Of a stretch of DNA of 64,000 bases, positions 32,328 through 44,900 are shown one piece after another. The stretch is taken from assembly GCF_964204645.1 (NCBI RefSeq), contig NC_134030.1, positions 11,863,947-11,927,946 of the forward strand, read 5' to 3'. Source of the DNA: Tubulanus polymorphus (Eukaryota > Animalia > Nemertea). The first letter of the stretch is position 1. Each line of letters begins with the position of its first letter. The notes below the pieces were generated by a model. That model did not search any database, was not told where the DNA came from, and saw only the letters and a program-made list of their open reading frames with translations. The translations under genes and the position numbers were made by a program.

Positions 32328-34534
32328 CCCAGTTAACATTTCTAGTCGGCCCGACGTCGGCATTGAGTCAGACCAAGTCGGCATTTGGACGTGGGTCGGC
32401 AAAGAGTCGGCTTAGCCGTCAGGCCGACGTTTCCACGCCGACCCCGGCGGGGCAAATACTTATTTCTGATGCATTCGCTCTAATTTAAGCATAATATATG
32501 ATAGTAAATATTTTGTAGGTATTTGTGTAGCGTACCCGGTAGTTTTGTTTCAAAATTATTAATTCTTGATACGGTCATCTTTTCGTCGTCGGGCCAACGT
32601 TGGCCCGTTAAGCATATGCCGACCAAGATGGTGGTGCCCTCTTTTGCCCCATTTGTGAATTATTTAAATAAGGACGATATCAATACCTCAGTTATTAATC
32701 AATGATACACATATACGTTTGATTATATGTTATTAAAAAAGGTTGTTAAACTGAATAAAGAGTTGAAAGTTTTGTTTATAATGAGGCCGGCGTGGTGCGC
32801 AGATCTTCCGCCGCCATTTTGGTTCCATTCTGTTCGCTTTTTCGTTCGTATTCTTTGGTTATCAAAATCGCTATTCATCAGTCTTCTAGTTGTAACAAGT
32901 GTTATTACAAGTGTTACGTTCGGTAAGTGTTATTGTATTTACATGGTATTTCATATTTGCGGCTGAGCTGCTTCAATTTTAAGGCCTATTTGAAGCGACA
33001 TCAAATTCAATGCATTTTATTGCTAAAATAACACTTAAAATGATGATTAGGTTATTAGTACTATAATGTTGTAATGATTACAAATTGATTGTCTCAGGTT
33101 TAATAGCTGATATCATGGATAGATCATCAGGTTTTAGGGCATTTTGAGCTACTACTAGGCTACCGCCTAAGCCGTTGGACTGAAAATGAGAAATATCCCC
33201 AAAAATTGCGATCCCAGACAAAAAGAATAGACTTAAGCTAGACCTAAACTGACTCATTACTATGATCTCTATGAAGTTGATACAATTTATAAATACAATT
33301 ATTATACCAGTTTATATTTCTTTTAGGCTTGTCACAGCAATCGAGAAATTTCGTGAGGAAATGATGTTGGCGCATGTTCTAAAACGGTACAACGTCGAAG
33401 AGTGTGATATAGGCCTACCGGCCTATCACTTCCCGAAGCTTCACTCGTTGATATCCAGTCAGGACTTATTTACTGGTGACATTTTTAGAAGCTGTACGGA
33501 TGATCCCTTTTCATAAAAGACTCCAACAATGATTGAGCGGTGAATGAGGGAATTGGGGATGCATCAAACTTTGGCTTCAACATGCTAAAATCCAAATAAT
33601 TCTGTAGTCTTGGCAAAGAATTAAACAGCAGTTAAAACCTGTATACATAAAAATTCATATGCATGTCCCCTGCTTCAATACAGATCATGCCATTATCTAT
33701 GTAGTATGAAAGGATATAGTTTTGTATAATGTGATACTTAGAAATAGAAAGTAAAAGTTTGGATTTTTCTAAAATTCTTAAAAAACACTTAGATGATGTG
33801 TGCATATTATCCAGGCATTAATCATACAGATATTGCTTTGTTTATTTGTTAATAATGTCTTAAAGATAGTTCAAAATCATTGTTATCAATCGAAGTAATG
33901 CTTTTCAAACGACTTGGTATTAAATAAATATTATATGATCAGCGAGTTATCAAGTTGAAAAATGGCGACAGTAAATTTCTATTTTATTACTTTTATAGTT
34001 TATCTCAAAATCTATGAAAACTGTTTAAAATAAGGTATTGATTTTTGTCTTGCTACTAAAGGAAAAGTTGTACATGTAATTCTCTATAGATGTCTCAGGT
34101 ATCTTATGGAAGAGGTTTCTCAAACTCATTACAGTTGCTGGATGACGTTGGCAAACAGTCGGGGAATCGACAAATATGGACGGGGTATGGTCAGAAAAGG
34201 GTCGGATGAGGTTGGCAAATGGTCGGGGAATCGACAAATATGGACGGGGTATGGTCAGAAAAGGGTTGGATGATGTTGGCAAACGGTCGGGGAATTGACA
34301 AATATGGACGGGGTATGGTCAGAAAAGGGTCGGGTGAGGTTGGCAAACGGTCGGGGAACTGACGGACATACTATTAGGCAGTCGGCAAAACGTCGGCAAA
34401 GTGACGAAAACTGAAGTCGGGCCGACCACTTCCCGATGAACACGCCCAACGACGGGAGGACTGCGACACCGACTAAGGGCTGACAATCTTGCCGACTTTT
34501 TTGGACGTCGGGCCAACTAAAAATGTTGACTGGG
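32328..34534. mobile_element. 2.2-kb non-autonomous TIR element with CCCAG termini (CMC/EnSpm-like)
   Basis: 31-bp TIR CCCAGTTAACATTTCTAGTCGGCCCGACGTC versus the reverse complement of the end at 34534 (28/31); AA on both flanks; many subterminal GTCGG/CCGAC motifs. Confidence 0.75.
34147..34362. repeat. 64-bp tandem repeat, about 3.4 copies, inside the CMC-like element
   Basis: Units start at 34147, 34211, 34275 and 34339 (GTTGGCAAA...GGTCAGAAAAGGG). Confidence 0.9.
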
Positions 34535-35513
34535 AAAAGCTATATCTCTTATGGTTATGGAGCGGTAGCCATTTGAAAATGACTCCTATTGATACAGCAA
34601 TTCTGAGAAATTAATCTAGGTCTGAGTGGCACATTATTGAAAATCAATGGGATAACAAGAGCGTTGTGTCGATTGACTGTGGACAGGGGGCCGAGTTGTA
34701 ATTGACTCCTCCTGCATAAAACACTCTCTCCCTCACTTGAATCATTTGCCTGTTCCTTTTTGTTAGAGGTGATATCTTAAGATAATGGAATTTAATTCAG
34801 ATTTTGTTGGAATGCACTTACCGTAAATATTTGTGTTAAGAGTAAGGTGATAATTTTACTCGAGATAAATGTAGGCCTACTGTACTGGAAGTCGGGCCTT
34901 CAAACAACATCTTATTGATGGACAATGAAAAACACTTCAACAATGGAACAACATTTTTGAAAGGGGAAGCCTACCAACATAATGAAACTTTAAATTGACT
35001 TACCCGAATATTGCAAAGGCAGCAGTACTCCTTATCTTAAATGAACGTCTATTCTTTTTTATGGCTATAATTTGTGCTATCAGATCTCCTACAGCAGCAA
35101 TAGTGGCACTGTAATTCAATAGTAAGGCAATGATAGATTTGTTGTATAGTTCTACTGTAGCGGGTAGTGGCAATGAGAATACAGATCCCTCAAAAATCTG
35201 CCAGATACTGCTAGTGATCTTGTGTTTTGTGCAACACTCTCCTGTTAGTGAAAGACCGCATGTTCCCAGTAATATTCCCCCATTGTAGGTGCGCGTAGCA
35301 CCTATTGGATGTTATGAGGTATAGAGCTCCGGTAATGAGGAATCTTCAACGAAACGTCATGGGCCTAATAATCATCATAGGTTAATGCTATTAAGCTGAG
35401 GATTGGCAAAATCAACCACTTATATTGTTTTAATCAAAATTCTGTGGGATCAACAACTACGATCTTGGTTCTTTGGATGCGCAGAGGCGCTCTGAGCCAT
35501 TTTTGCTCAAAAT

Positions 35514-36905
35514 CAGGGGTCCAGGGACACCATGCCCACTTGGAAAGTGGTTTCAAATGCTCAATCTAACAATTTGAATATTCAACACCCCTGGTGACCA
35601 TATGCAAAACCCACTGACCTTAAAACTCACCACAATCATAGAACATGTCATGAGCTACAATTTAGCAATTGATTATGGTAACAAAATATGCCTAGGTACC
35701 AATATAATAAGGAAATACTAAATTATTCTATTATTCAACGCCCCTGGTGACCATATATAATAACTAATTACCTTGAAACTCACCACAATCATAAACCTTG
35801 TCAAGAGCTACAACTTTGCAATTGATTGTGGTAACAAAATATGCATTGGTACAAATATAATATAGAAATACTAAGATATTGTATTATTCAACGCCCCCTG
35901 GTGGCCATATACAAAAACCAATGACCTTGAAACTCACCACAATCATAGAGCACGTTATAAGCTACAACTTTCTAATTCATTATGGTAACAAAATATGCTT
36001 AGGTATCAATATAAATGTCGAAAACCTTTCCCACCTACGAATGAATACTGATGACACCAAGATGGCCAACAATTGCGTCATAATTGGCTGATCAAAAATA
36101 CCTGTCCCAGGAATAAAACATCCTTTTCCAAAAAATACCCATCAGCAATTGCAATGAGAAATGGCAAACCAGTAGGAAGCTACAGGACTCAGAATTCGGG
36201 CCAAAATTAACATTTTTGGGCACTTAAAAGGTCATAGGACGGCCACTTTGAGTCCAACCGACCAAATTTTTGTTACGATGATGGGCCCTGGGGGGATTCA
36301 AATAGGCTATATACGAAAGATCAAGGCAATTGATAAAAGCGTCTTCAAAATTTCCCTCAAAAAGTTCAAAAACGTGTGAAAAGTGCTGATTTTGGCGAAC
36401 AACAATGGCTGCCAGTCGGCCATTTTGATTCTGACAGAGCCAGTTTTTTGGGCTGAAGATGTGTCTAGGATAGATACATGTGTAACCCAAATATCAAGAC
36501 ATTACATAGATTAAGAAGCTTCTTCAAAACTTCCCAAAATAACTGGATCAGGATTCCGTCTATGGACGGTCGGACGGATGATAGACGAAAAGTGATCGCA
36601 ATAGCCTGCTGGGACTTAAGTCCCAAGTGGGCTAAAAATCAAGGTTACCGCTGAAAGCATCTTCAAAATTTCTGTCGACTTCAAAAATGGGTAAAAAGTG
36701 CTGATTTTGGCAAACACAATGGCTGCCAGTTGGCCATCTTGAATCTGACAGGGCCAGTTTTGGGGATGAAGACATGTCTCGGTAGATAGATTTGTAAACC
36801 ACATATCAAGACATAAGGCCTACATTAAGCGTCTTTTAGCCTCCTCAAAATAACTTTATTTTGTCTACGGATGGACGAACGGATGAACGAAAAGTGAATG
36901 CAATA
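35514..36905 (+). mobile_element. Near full-length HINE-type copy (to 36637) followed by a duplicated terminal segment
   Basis: Repeat units at 35581, 35734 and 35887 (153-bp period); hairpin end at about 36603-36637; the second terminal segment is interrupted by the MITE at 36906 and resumes at about 37502-37545. Confidence 0.8.
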
Positions 36906-37499
36906 TGGGATATCGACAAATTCAAGTTCTGGAATTTCCTGTTTGATGGCGCTAGTCAGAACCGGAAATTGGAACCTAAATCTGCCATGTTTTAGTTCAT
37001 TTGCAATAAAAATCTCTCACATCAAGTTTTTAGTTAGCGATATTTTACTTAGGCCTACTATACACCGTCACGCGCAATCCTATAAGTATGATATCCTGAC
37101 AATGTGTTGCGTTCGATAAAACCTCACTTCGAACGCTCAATACCACTAAAAATGTCAAAAAATTACCCAAAATCACAAATTTAGCGATGACGCTCGAAGC
37201 AGCTAACGGAAGTAAAGACTGGTGCCGGGTGACATCACTTTGTTGTTGAGTTCAAGACTTTAAGGGGAATTTATTGCAGGCTACACTGATAAATAATGAA
37301 ATAAAATTGATTTTAGAAGGACTACACTGGTAGATTCATAATAAAATATGAAAAGTACCAGGTAAAATATCGCTCATGAAAACTTGAAGCGAGAGATTTT
37401 CATTGCAAATGAACTAGAACATGGCGGATTTAGGTTCAAAATTCCAATTCTGACTAGCGCCATCTAGTAATTCAAGAACTTTAATTTGTCGATATCCCG
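36906..37499. mobile_element. About 590-bp MITE with about 140-bp TIRs and TA flanks (Tc1/mariner-type)
   Basis: GGGATATCGACAAATT...GATGGCGCTAGTCAGAA...GAACCTAAATC is mirrored at about 37360-37499; TA at 36904-36905 and 37500-37501. Confidence 0.8.
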
Positions 37500-39527
37500 T
37501 ATGCCTATGGAACGCTGGGTCAAAGAATCCCAAGTTGGCTAAAAACCAATAATGACTCACCACAATCATAGAACCAAGTAAAAGGGTTAATGTTTGTCAC
37601 CTGTACCAGGCCTATTTATGATAGGAAGTGGTTATTTTGCCGGATCCGGTCATTGACTTCTGAACGATATTTTGCCGGATATCGTCTCAAATTGGCGGTA
37701 TGACTGCAGTTTAGGTGTCCCTAATGGTTATGTACCTAACCTTACCATAACACTATTCTTTAATAACACTATGGCCACCCCCCTAGTCAGTAACCTGTCT
37801 GTGGTTTAGTTTCACAATCGGATATTTTCACAAACCACAGTCAGGAATGGGAAGGTCATTTTTGTATGAAATCTTCGTCAGCCAATTTGACTGACGAGTA
37901 ATTTGCCTGGCATTTCATTGTCTCTTAAGATATCCGTCTATTTTTTGTTGTAATCGACGCACAACAGATTCGTAGTTTGTCTGATACCTATAACACCTCA
38001 CCTGACGATCTTAATCCATGTGCAAATCGGCCGTAAAGTGAGAGTAAATTTCCGTCGGGTCAACAGCTGCCATTTTGAAAATTACTGGAGGTGCTGGCAC
38101 CTGTGGACTGAGGCGAGGACAACAGCACAAACTAACGAAGCGAAACGACGAAATTGAAAAAAATTAAGAAATCAACACTTATTCACATTTTTCTTTTACC
38201 AGAATTTATTATTTCATTATTTATTATGGAAAACACGAAGATTTGAAATATAAGTTGGAAAACCATCAAAAATAAAAATTGTCGTTTCGTCTCGGAAGTT
38301 TTATATAAATCCTTGTAGGTCCCCTTGTCTTATCATGCCACATGTGCAATACAGAGAAATGGCGGCCAATGGCGAAATTGGTGGAGAAATTAATTAATTT
38401 CTCAAAATAATGTTGACTAACCACTCGAAACATACATAAAATTGGATTATTTCGAAAGGTACCTGTGTTAGTTTGTGAATTAAGCCATTAATTGTGGACT
38501 GAAGTGAATAGAAAGTATACTTTTGAAGTGTTACTTTTTTCAACCGTGTTTTGGTCCTTGTCATCCCTAACGTTGGTATAAGCCCATCCGATTATAAAAA
38601 GCTTACCACCAACGATTAGGTAACTAACTAGCCACCCCCCCCCCCCCCCCAGTGGATAGGTGACCCAAACCTGTAGTAAACTAGTAGTAGTATAGTTAGT
38701 TTTTAATCAATTCTAAATTATTAGAAACTTTCTGCGTACCGTACCTAGAAACTGATTTTGTAAGAACTGGATTTTCCTGAAGCCAGTATGAATATTTACG
38801 TAGAATCACGTCCATCGTGGTTCCGTCCTGGCCTTCTTTTTAATTAAAATTGCTTGGCATAGGCGCCTACAGTAGGCCTATTTCGCTGGTGAAGTAAGAA
38901 CGAGAGAACCGTTCACTGACATGAGGCGTTGATTCCATTTATCGATTTATCACAACTACTAAAGTGGTTTCGAATCCCGCGACGGCGACCCTCGCAAATA
39001 AAATCTGGATCGGTAAAGTCAGTCACCGTGGTGGTGGTGGTGGTGGGTAATTTTAAGCCTTGGGCACAAAAAGTGTCAACAGTCAAGCCAAGGCGCGTCA
39101 TTAAACTTTCGTGTAGCCTACGTTTTCTTTTTTTTTTTGAAGCGGCTCGCCTGCACGCCGTAGTTGATTGCAGGCACGATATTCAATAGGTGAAGGTAGT
39201 AAAAATGGTCTCGAATGCAATATTATTCATCATCCTTAACTGGCTCACGGAAGCCCTTAGCCTTAGGCTAGTAGGTAACATAGAGAAGAGAGAGGCCTAC
39301 GCGATAATTTTTTTACAATTTCGACTTATTATCTCGAAATTCAACAGAGGCTTATAAGTCGAATTTCGACTTAATAAGTCGAAAATTGTAAAAAGGGCTC
39401 CCGTCTTAGGCTCTTATAACATTTTTGGTTTTTAGGCGCGAGTGATTTTTCGGTGAGTGTTGCATGCAACGCATGAATGGTGCGCGTGCACACTTCCGGT
39501 GTGGAGAGCCGACCCCGTGTATCAAAC

Positions 39528-39571
39528 GCAAAAGGTTGAAAGCCTGTTTTGGTCGATGGCGAGTGACGTCA
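39528..39571 (+). repeat. Left TIR of the MULE
   Basis: GCAAAAGGTTGAAAGCCTGTTTTGGTCGATGGCGAGTGACGTCA. Confidence 0.95.
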
Positions 39572-40230
39572 CTAGTACAAATTCCGAGCGGTTCGAATCC
39601 CACAATACGCCAAAATCACTACGGCCGCTCTGAGCGCACATCGCATTTCAACGTTGCCGTTTAATAATTGTAAAATAACTAATAATAGTTTAAGTTTTAT
39701 AAGGGTTAGAAGTACATTGTATTTACTGCTAGTGTATGTATATATCATGTACGGTTGCGAGAAATCCCTGCCCTGGTTAAACAGTAAGTCCACTAAATCT
39801 TTAAATTTTAAGTTGTTTAATGAAACTATTATTGTTTTAAATTGTTAAAACTGCAAACTATGGTTGTCGAAGATGCACCTTCTTCACATCCTTTGAAATC
39901 CTGGATAGCATCGCTGTCGGCAAAGACCTTCAGGTCTGTCTTCAACGGCACATCGCTTTGGAACAAGCGACTACTGTGTTATCAAATCTGAACTAGGTAA
40001 AAAAATGTTCCCCAAAAATAAAGACAAGTAAACGGATTAATTTGAGGTTTGAATGTTTTTGTTTATTTGTTGGTTCAAATCGAACCCTCGTCATCCTGAT
40101 CTCCATAAATCTAAGAAAAGTATTCGCACACTTAAAACAATAAAATACGAGCAATAAGCAATAACATCAGACTGGAGTAAGTAACTTTACTTAATTCACA
40201 GATACAATCCTACACAAAACAATAGCTATT

Positions 40231-40471
40231 CAGTGGCGGATCCACCCCTCTATTTTTACCGATGTAGCCGCAAATCTATGCGTTACTGAGTAAAAACCGA
40301 ATGAAATCTTTCTATTAAGTAATGCTCAGAATGCACCTGCTTGCATCTATTTTTCCAAAAAATTTTTAGGAAGGGTCTTCGCGTTATCGGTGCTTGCTCT
40401 GGAATGGCTTACAGCCATCTGTTGTTGCTTTCATTTGCCCCCCCCCCTTCAAAATGCTGGATCCGCCCCTG
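40231..40471. mobile_element. Small CAG-terminated MITE nested in the MULE
   Basis: CAGTGGCGGATCC...GGATCCGCCCCTG termini; no TSD recognised. Confidence 0.5.
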
Positions 40472-40489
40472 AGTGCAGACAAAATGATC

Positions 40490-41150
40490 GACAAAGACAT
40501 ACAGAACTCTAAAACAACAGTTAACAATTTAAGCAACGATAGACAAAACAGATAGCTGATTACTTTACAAACCTGTTGTCAGAACCTTAATTATTTTTAC
40601 ATGTACATACAGAGGACTGTTAACAATTCAACCAATGAAATTGCGATAGAGATACAGAACATACAGCTTTAACAGTAAACAATGCAACCAATGAAATTGC
40701 GATAGAGATACAGAACATACAGCTTTAACAGTAAACCATGCAACCAATGAATTGCGATTAACTAAGACCTACGAGCAATTATCAAGTTTGATAATTGCTC
40801 GTAGCTAAGACATACAGGACAAACAGGACTAACTTAATTGCGATAGACATACAGGACATACAGGATTAACAGTAGACAATTCAACCAACGAATTGCGATT
40901 AACTAAGACATACAGGACTAAACCACAGGACATACAGGACTAACAGTAGACAATTCAACAACCAATGAATTGCGATTAACTAAGACATACAGGACATACA
41001 GGACTAACTTAATTGCGATAGACATACAGGACTAACAGTAAACAATGCAACCAATGAATTGCGATCGCGATCACAAAGACATACAGGACAAACAGGAATA
41101 AACCACAGTAAATTGCGATAAAAAAGACATACAGGACTAACTGCAATAAA
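40490..41150. repeat. Degenerate modular tandem array downstream of the MULE ORF
   Basis: Shuffled modules AGACATACAGGAC, TAACAGTA(G/A)ACAAT and CAACCAATGAATTGCGAT, each repeated several times. Confidence 0.8.
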
Positions 41151-41919
41151 TATATAGGGCCTTAGGAATGCAAAATTCATTCATTTTGTCATTTGTAAAC
41201 ATTCCACAACTTATTTCATTATGTCATTTCCAGTTTTCAAAGGGAATTTTCTTAACTTCAGATGCCTCGAGGACATAAACATATAGAAAGATCTGTCCCA
41301 AAAAAATGTCAAGTGTCTTTCATAGTGCAATGGGCCCTGGTTTCCACGTTTATATATCACATATAAAATTCTACAGAAACAATCAATGAATAAGTGAAAA
41401 TTTACGAATAACAAACAAGACATTCAAGCAGTTGAGTAAGTTAAAATGGGACCAATCTATATATATTATATATGGATTATACAATTTAATCAGGGACAGC
41501 CTTGAACCGAGGTTGATGTGTCCATACACTCTCTTCATACACTCTCTGAACATGCATGTATGTATACTGCTGCCAATTGATGATAAGTCAAGGATGTTGA
41601 AGTTCTAGACATGGTCAGAATCATCCAGAGACATCGGCACGCATCACAATAACTGATGATTTTGCAGTAACCTGTAACATAAAAAATCAAGCGGTAATCT
41701 ATTCACAAAATATATTTTCCTGAAAGAAAAAACCTGAAATAGAGCACTATAAACACCAGTGCATATACATCGCTTCTTAACCTTATATATAATCGAGTAA
41801 ATATATAGGTGACTAAGTGACGGTCATTATAGGCTTCTACGTTCACCATGGGAAATGAAAATATTTCTAATGTCAGGGATTCATTCGAAACCCGATCAAT
41901 AATATTCTATACAAACTAT

Positions 41920-44900
41920 TTAGGAAATCGGGTCACAATGAAAACAAAACCACCTGATATGTTCAGGAGGAGCCTCATTGATTGGAGCACATTTCCAATG
42001 ATACCATCTATGGCAATTATCACATTCAATTGAGAATGTGGACTTTTTCTTAGGATTAGCATTGCATTTTTTGTGGCAGACAGGGCAGGTTTCAGCAACT
42101 AACTGAGAAGGGGTTTTTTCAACTTTTGATGACAAAAGATTATCTAGTTTCAATTTTGCTAGGTTTTGGAGGCCTGCATTTCCAGGTTGATCTATAAGAA
42201 TTTCTAATTCTTTTTCAGAATTGGAATTATTGATTTCTGTAATAGGAGAACTGTTGAGATAATCATCTCTATTATTATAATCGATTACAATAGATTTTTT
42301 CTTATGATGATTATGTTCAATACGAATGTGCTTTTGAAGGAATGTTTCACTTGCATATGAATTAATAACCCCATCTGCCCAACAAATAGCACATGAGATA
42401 GGTTTCAAAGATGAATGAGAAGTGGATATGTGCCTATCTAGTTCCCTGCGACATGAACAAAGATATGGAGGATTTATTTTGTCTTTAATACAAAAGGAAC
42501 AGACAATACTTTTTTCAAATAAAACAGACTTCGAGTCATTTTTAACAACTGGTATTGACTTAATATCTTTTGGTTTGGTATCTTTTGATTTTTTTGGTAA
42601 GGATGATTTATTCTGACTTAAAATATCTGCTGAAAATTCGATATCATTGCCAGGATCTGGATCAGTGGAGTCTATGGTTTCAATTTCTGATATTTTAGCT
42701 TTTTTACCTAGTTTGATAGCAGCATTTTCAACCATAGCAGAAAAGGATACACCTCTGTTAGCAGGTCTAATTATCTTTCGCCCTCCGTGTCTTGCATTCT
42801 CAGCATCTTTAGGCATTGTAACCTTAGGGCAGTAAGGGTCTATCACTTCAAGTTCAGGAAGGTTTATGGCAACCTGATTGTCCTTGATTGGACCCTCAGC
42901 ACGCCTATGAGCCATATTGTGAGGTTGTCGTTTGGCAGGTCGTCCGCTTATTAACTTAATTCCACAGTGGCTTTCATTATGTAAAATACTTAGAATGTGC
43001 CCTTTCCGAGCAGCATTGATATCATTCGAGCTAGCAATGTGGGAATGATCTTTTAACTTATCAATGAGGGTAGATGAAACAGAAATATTTTGTCGAGTAA
43101 AATTGTAAGTTGGCAGAGGCTCCACAATGTGGAATTTATATGCATCAATTAAAGCCTTCGTTGTGGTTATATTGTTTTTTTGGGCAAAACAGGCAAAAAG
43201 ATGTTTGCAAAAATATGGTTGTCCAATCATTATAAAAGCTTCACAAGTACATATACCTAGTTTCAAATTGATTAAATGGCAATTACCATCTACGTATGAA
43301 AGACAATTTTCAGGAACGATTGTAATAACGTAATTGAATAAGATACGACTGGATATTGAATCTAAATTTCCTATGTACCTTCGGCATTTTTTTGAAATGT
43401 CATATGAATGTTCCTCGGATATTGATACTTTATCGGGGAATCTTTCTTCTAAAACATCAAGCTGATTGAATGTATATTGAGTATCACCATTGAAAAAATT
43501 ATCATTATCTTCTAACCTATTTAAGTTCTTTCGTGAAGAACTCTTCACAACAAACCAATTAGTTTCTTCATCATATTTTAAAATCTCATTATTCTGTAAT
43601 AAATCAAAGGCTCTTTTGCAACACTTTTCTATCTTTTCAAGGTGACGTATATTCTTAACTCGTTGGTCAAGTTGCTTAAATTGGAGATTGTTCATATTTG
43701 TCGCTTTGATCTCATCATTAAAAACATTTTCAAACAGTAATCGTACAAAAGATGATATCAGTTTATTTAGGTGTCCACTTAAGTAGACATCATCTATTTG
43801 TTTGAATTTGCGCTCAGTAATATTATCAGTTAATAGCAAAGGGTTATTTCTGTTAGATTGGTCTGACTGATAAATTGATTCAGCATTGAATGCCCCAGAC
43901 CAAATTTGGGAATTAAACCAATTCTTCTTTAGGTAATCAATAAATAATGTTTTTGTATCTTGCGACATAAGGTCTAAAGAAATATCATTCTCAATAAAAC
44001 TAATAAATGAATTGGCTATATCAGTTCTAGAGGAAGCATCCCATGATCTCATAATGCATTTGAAACCAGTTTCTAGAGGCTTGCAAAATAAGCGAAGTTC
44101 TTGATTTTCATTCATGAAGCGACGAATACACTGCAGGACATGAAAATTACATAGTACTGATTTAAGATTATTGTCAGATGCTCCTTGCTTTAGACTTGCA
44201 TCTTTATCATGTTGTACAAAAGGACAAAATCTAGATGTTGATGAACATGGCTTGATTCTGAAAAAACCATTGCCATCATTAAATATATAGAATTCAGATG
44301 GATGATTACATTTTTCGTCTTTACATGGTGTATTGGCTAGAACTAACTGGATGGTAGTTGCATGAGTAGCCCCCCCTTCATCACTACTAATTGATGCAGC
44401 AGCAATACGTCCTTCATTTTTGTTGTCTGCAAAAGTTACAAATGAAGTTTTGAATTTCCACGAATTGAAATCATGTTTCACGTCAATACCAATGACAGAT
44501 TGTCCAAAGTTGGATAAATGTTCCAGAGAACGAGGATCAGAGAGAATAATGTGATAATTACGTTTGAGTGTGGCATCCCCTCGTTGAAATAAAAGGACAG
44601 ATTCATAGTTACCCTCTAATAATTTTTCAGTATTTCTCCAATCAGAACTTAGAATAGGTATTTCGTCTTGAGATTTCATATGTAATTTTATCGAAGATTT
44701 ATCAATATATTTCAATCTATTTGAAATTTGATCTAGGGTATGGTCATGACCGGCGCCATCATTTACATTTGATACATGAAGGTTATTGTGAGCATTGGTG
44801 GCAGAAAGAACCTTCATTGCTGTGGCTTTCATCATGACTCTATTTTCATCCCATCTATCTCTAGTAGATAAATTAGGTCGCTTTTTAATTTGTAAAGGAA

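Noticed and set aside
33262-33516. Possible SAM-like exon inside the CMC-like element
   Set aside because: Only a faint resemblance (IEKFREEM); no supporting exon chain or transposase motifs.
34025-34516. ORFs with repeated peptide motifs
   Set aside because: They arise from the 64-bp subterminal tandem repeat of a non-autonomous element.
25605-36804. Recurrent short ORFs in this interval (e.g. KPMTLKLTT, NPPRAHQHNKN, QIQDGQLAAI)
   Set aside because: Chance translations of the non-coding HINE-type repeat, with no conserved frame between copies.
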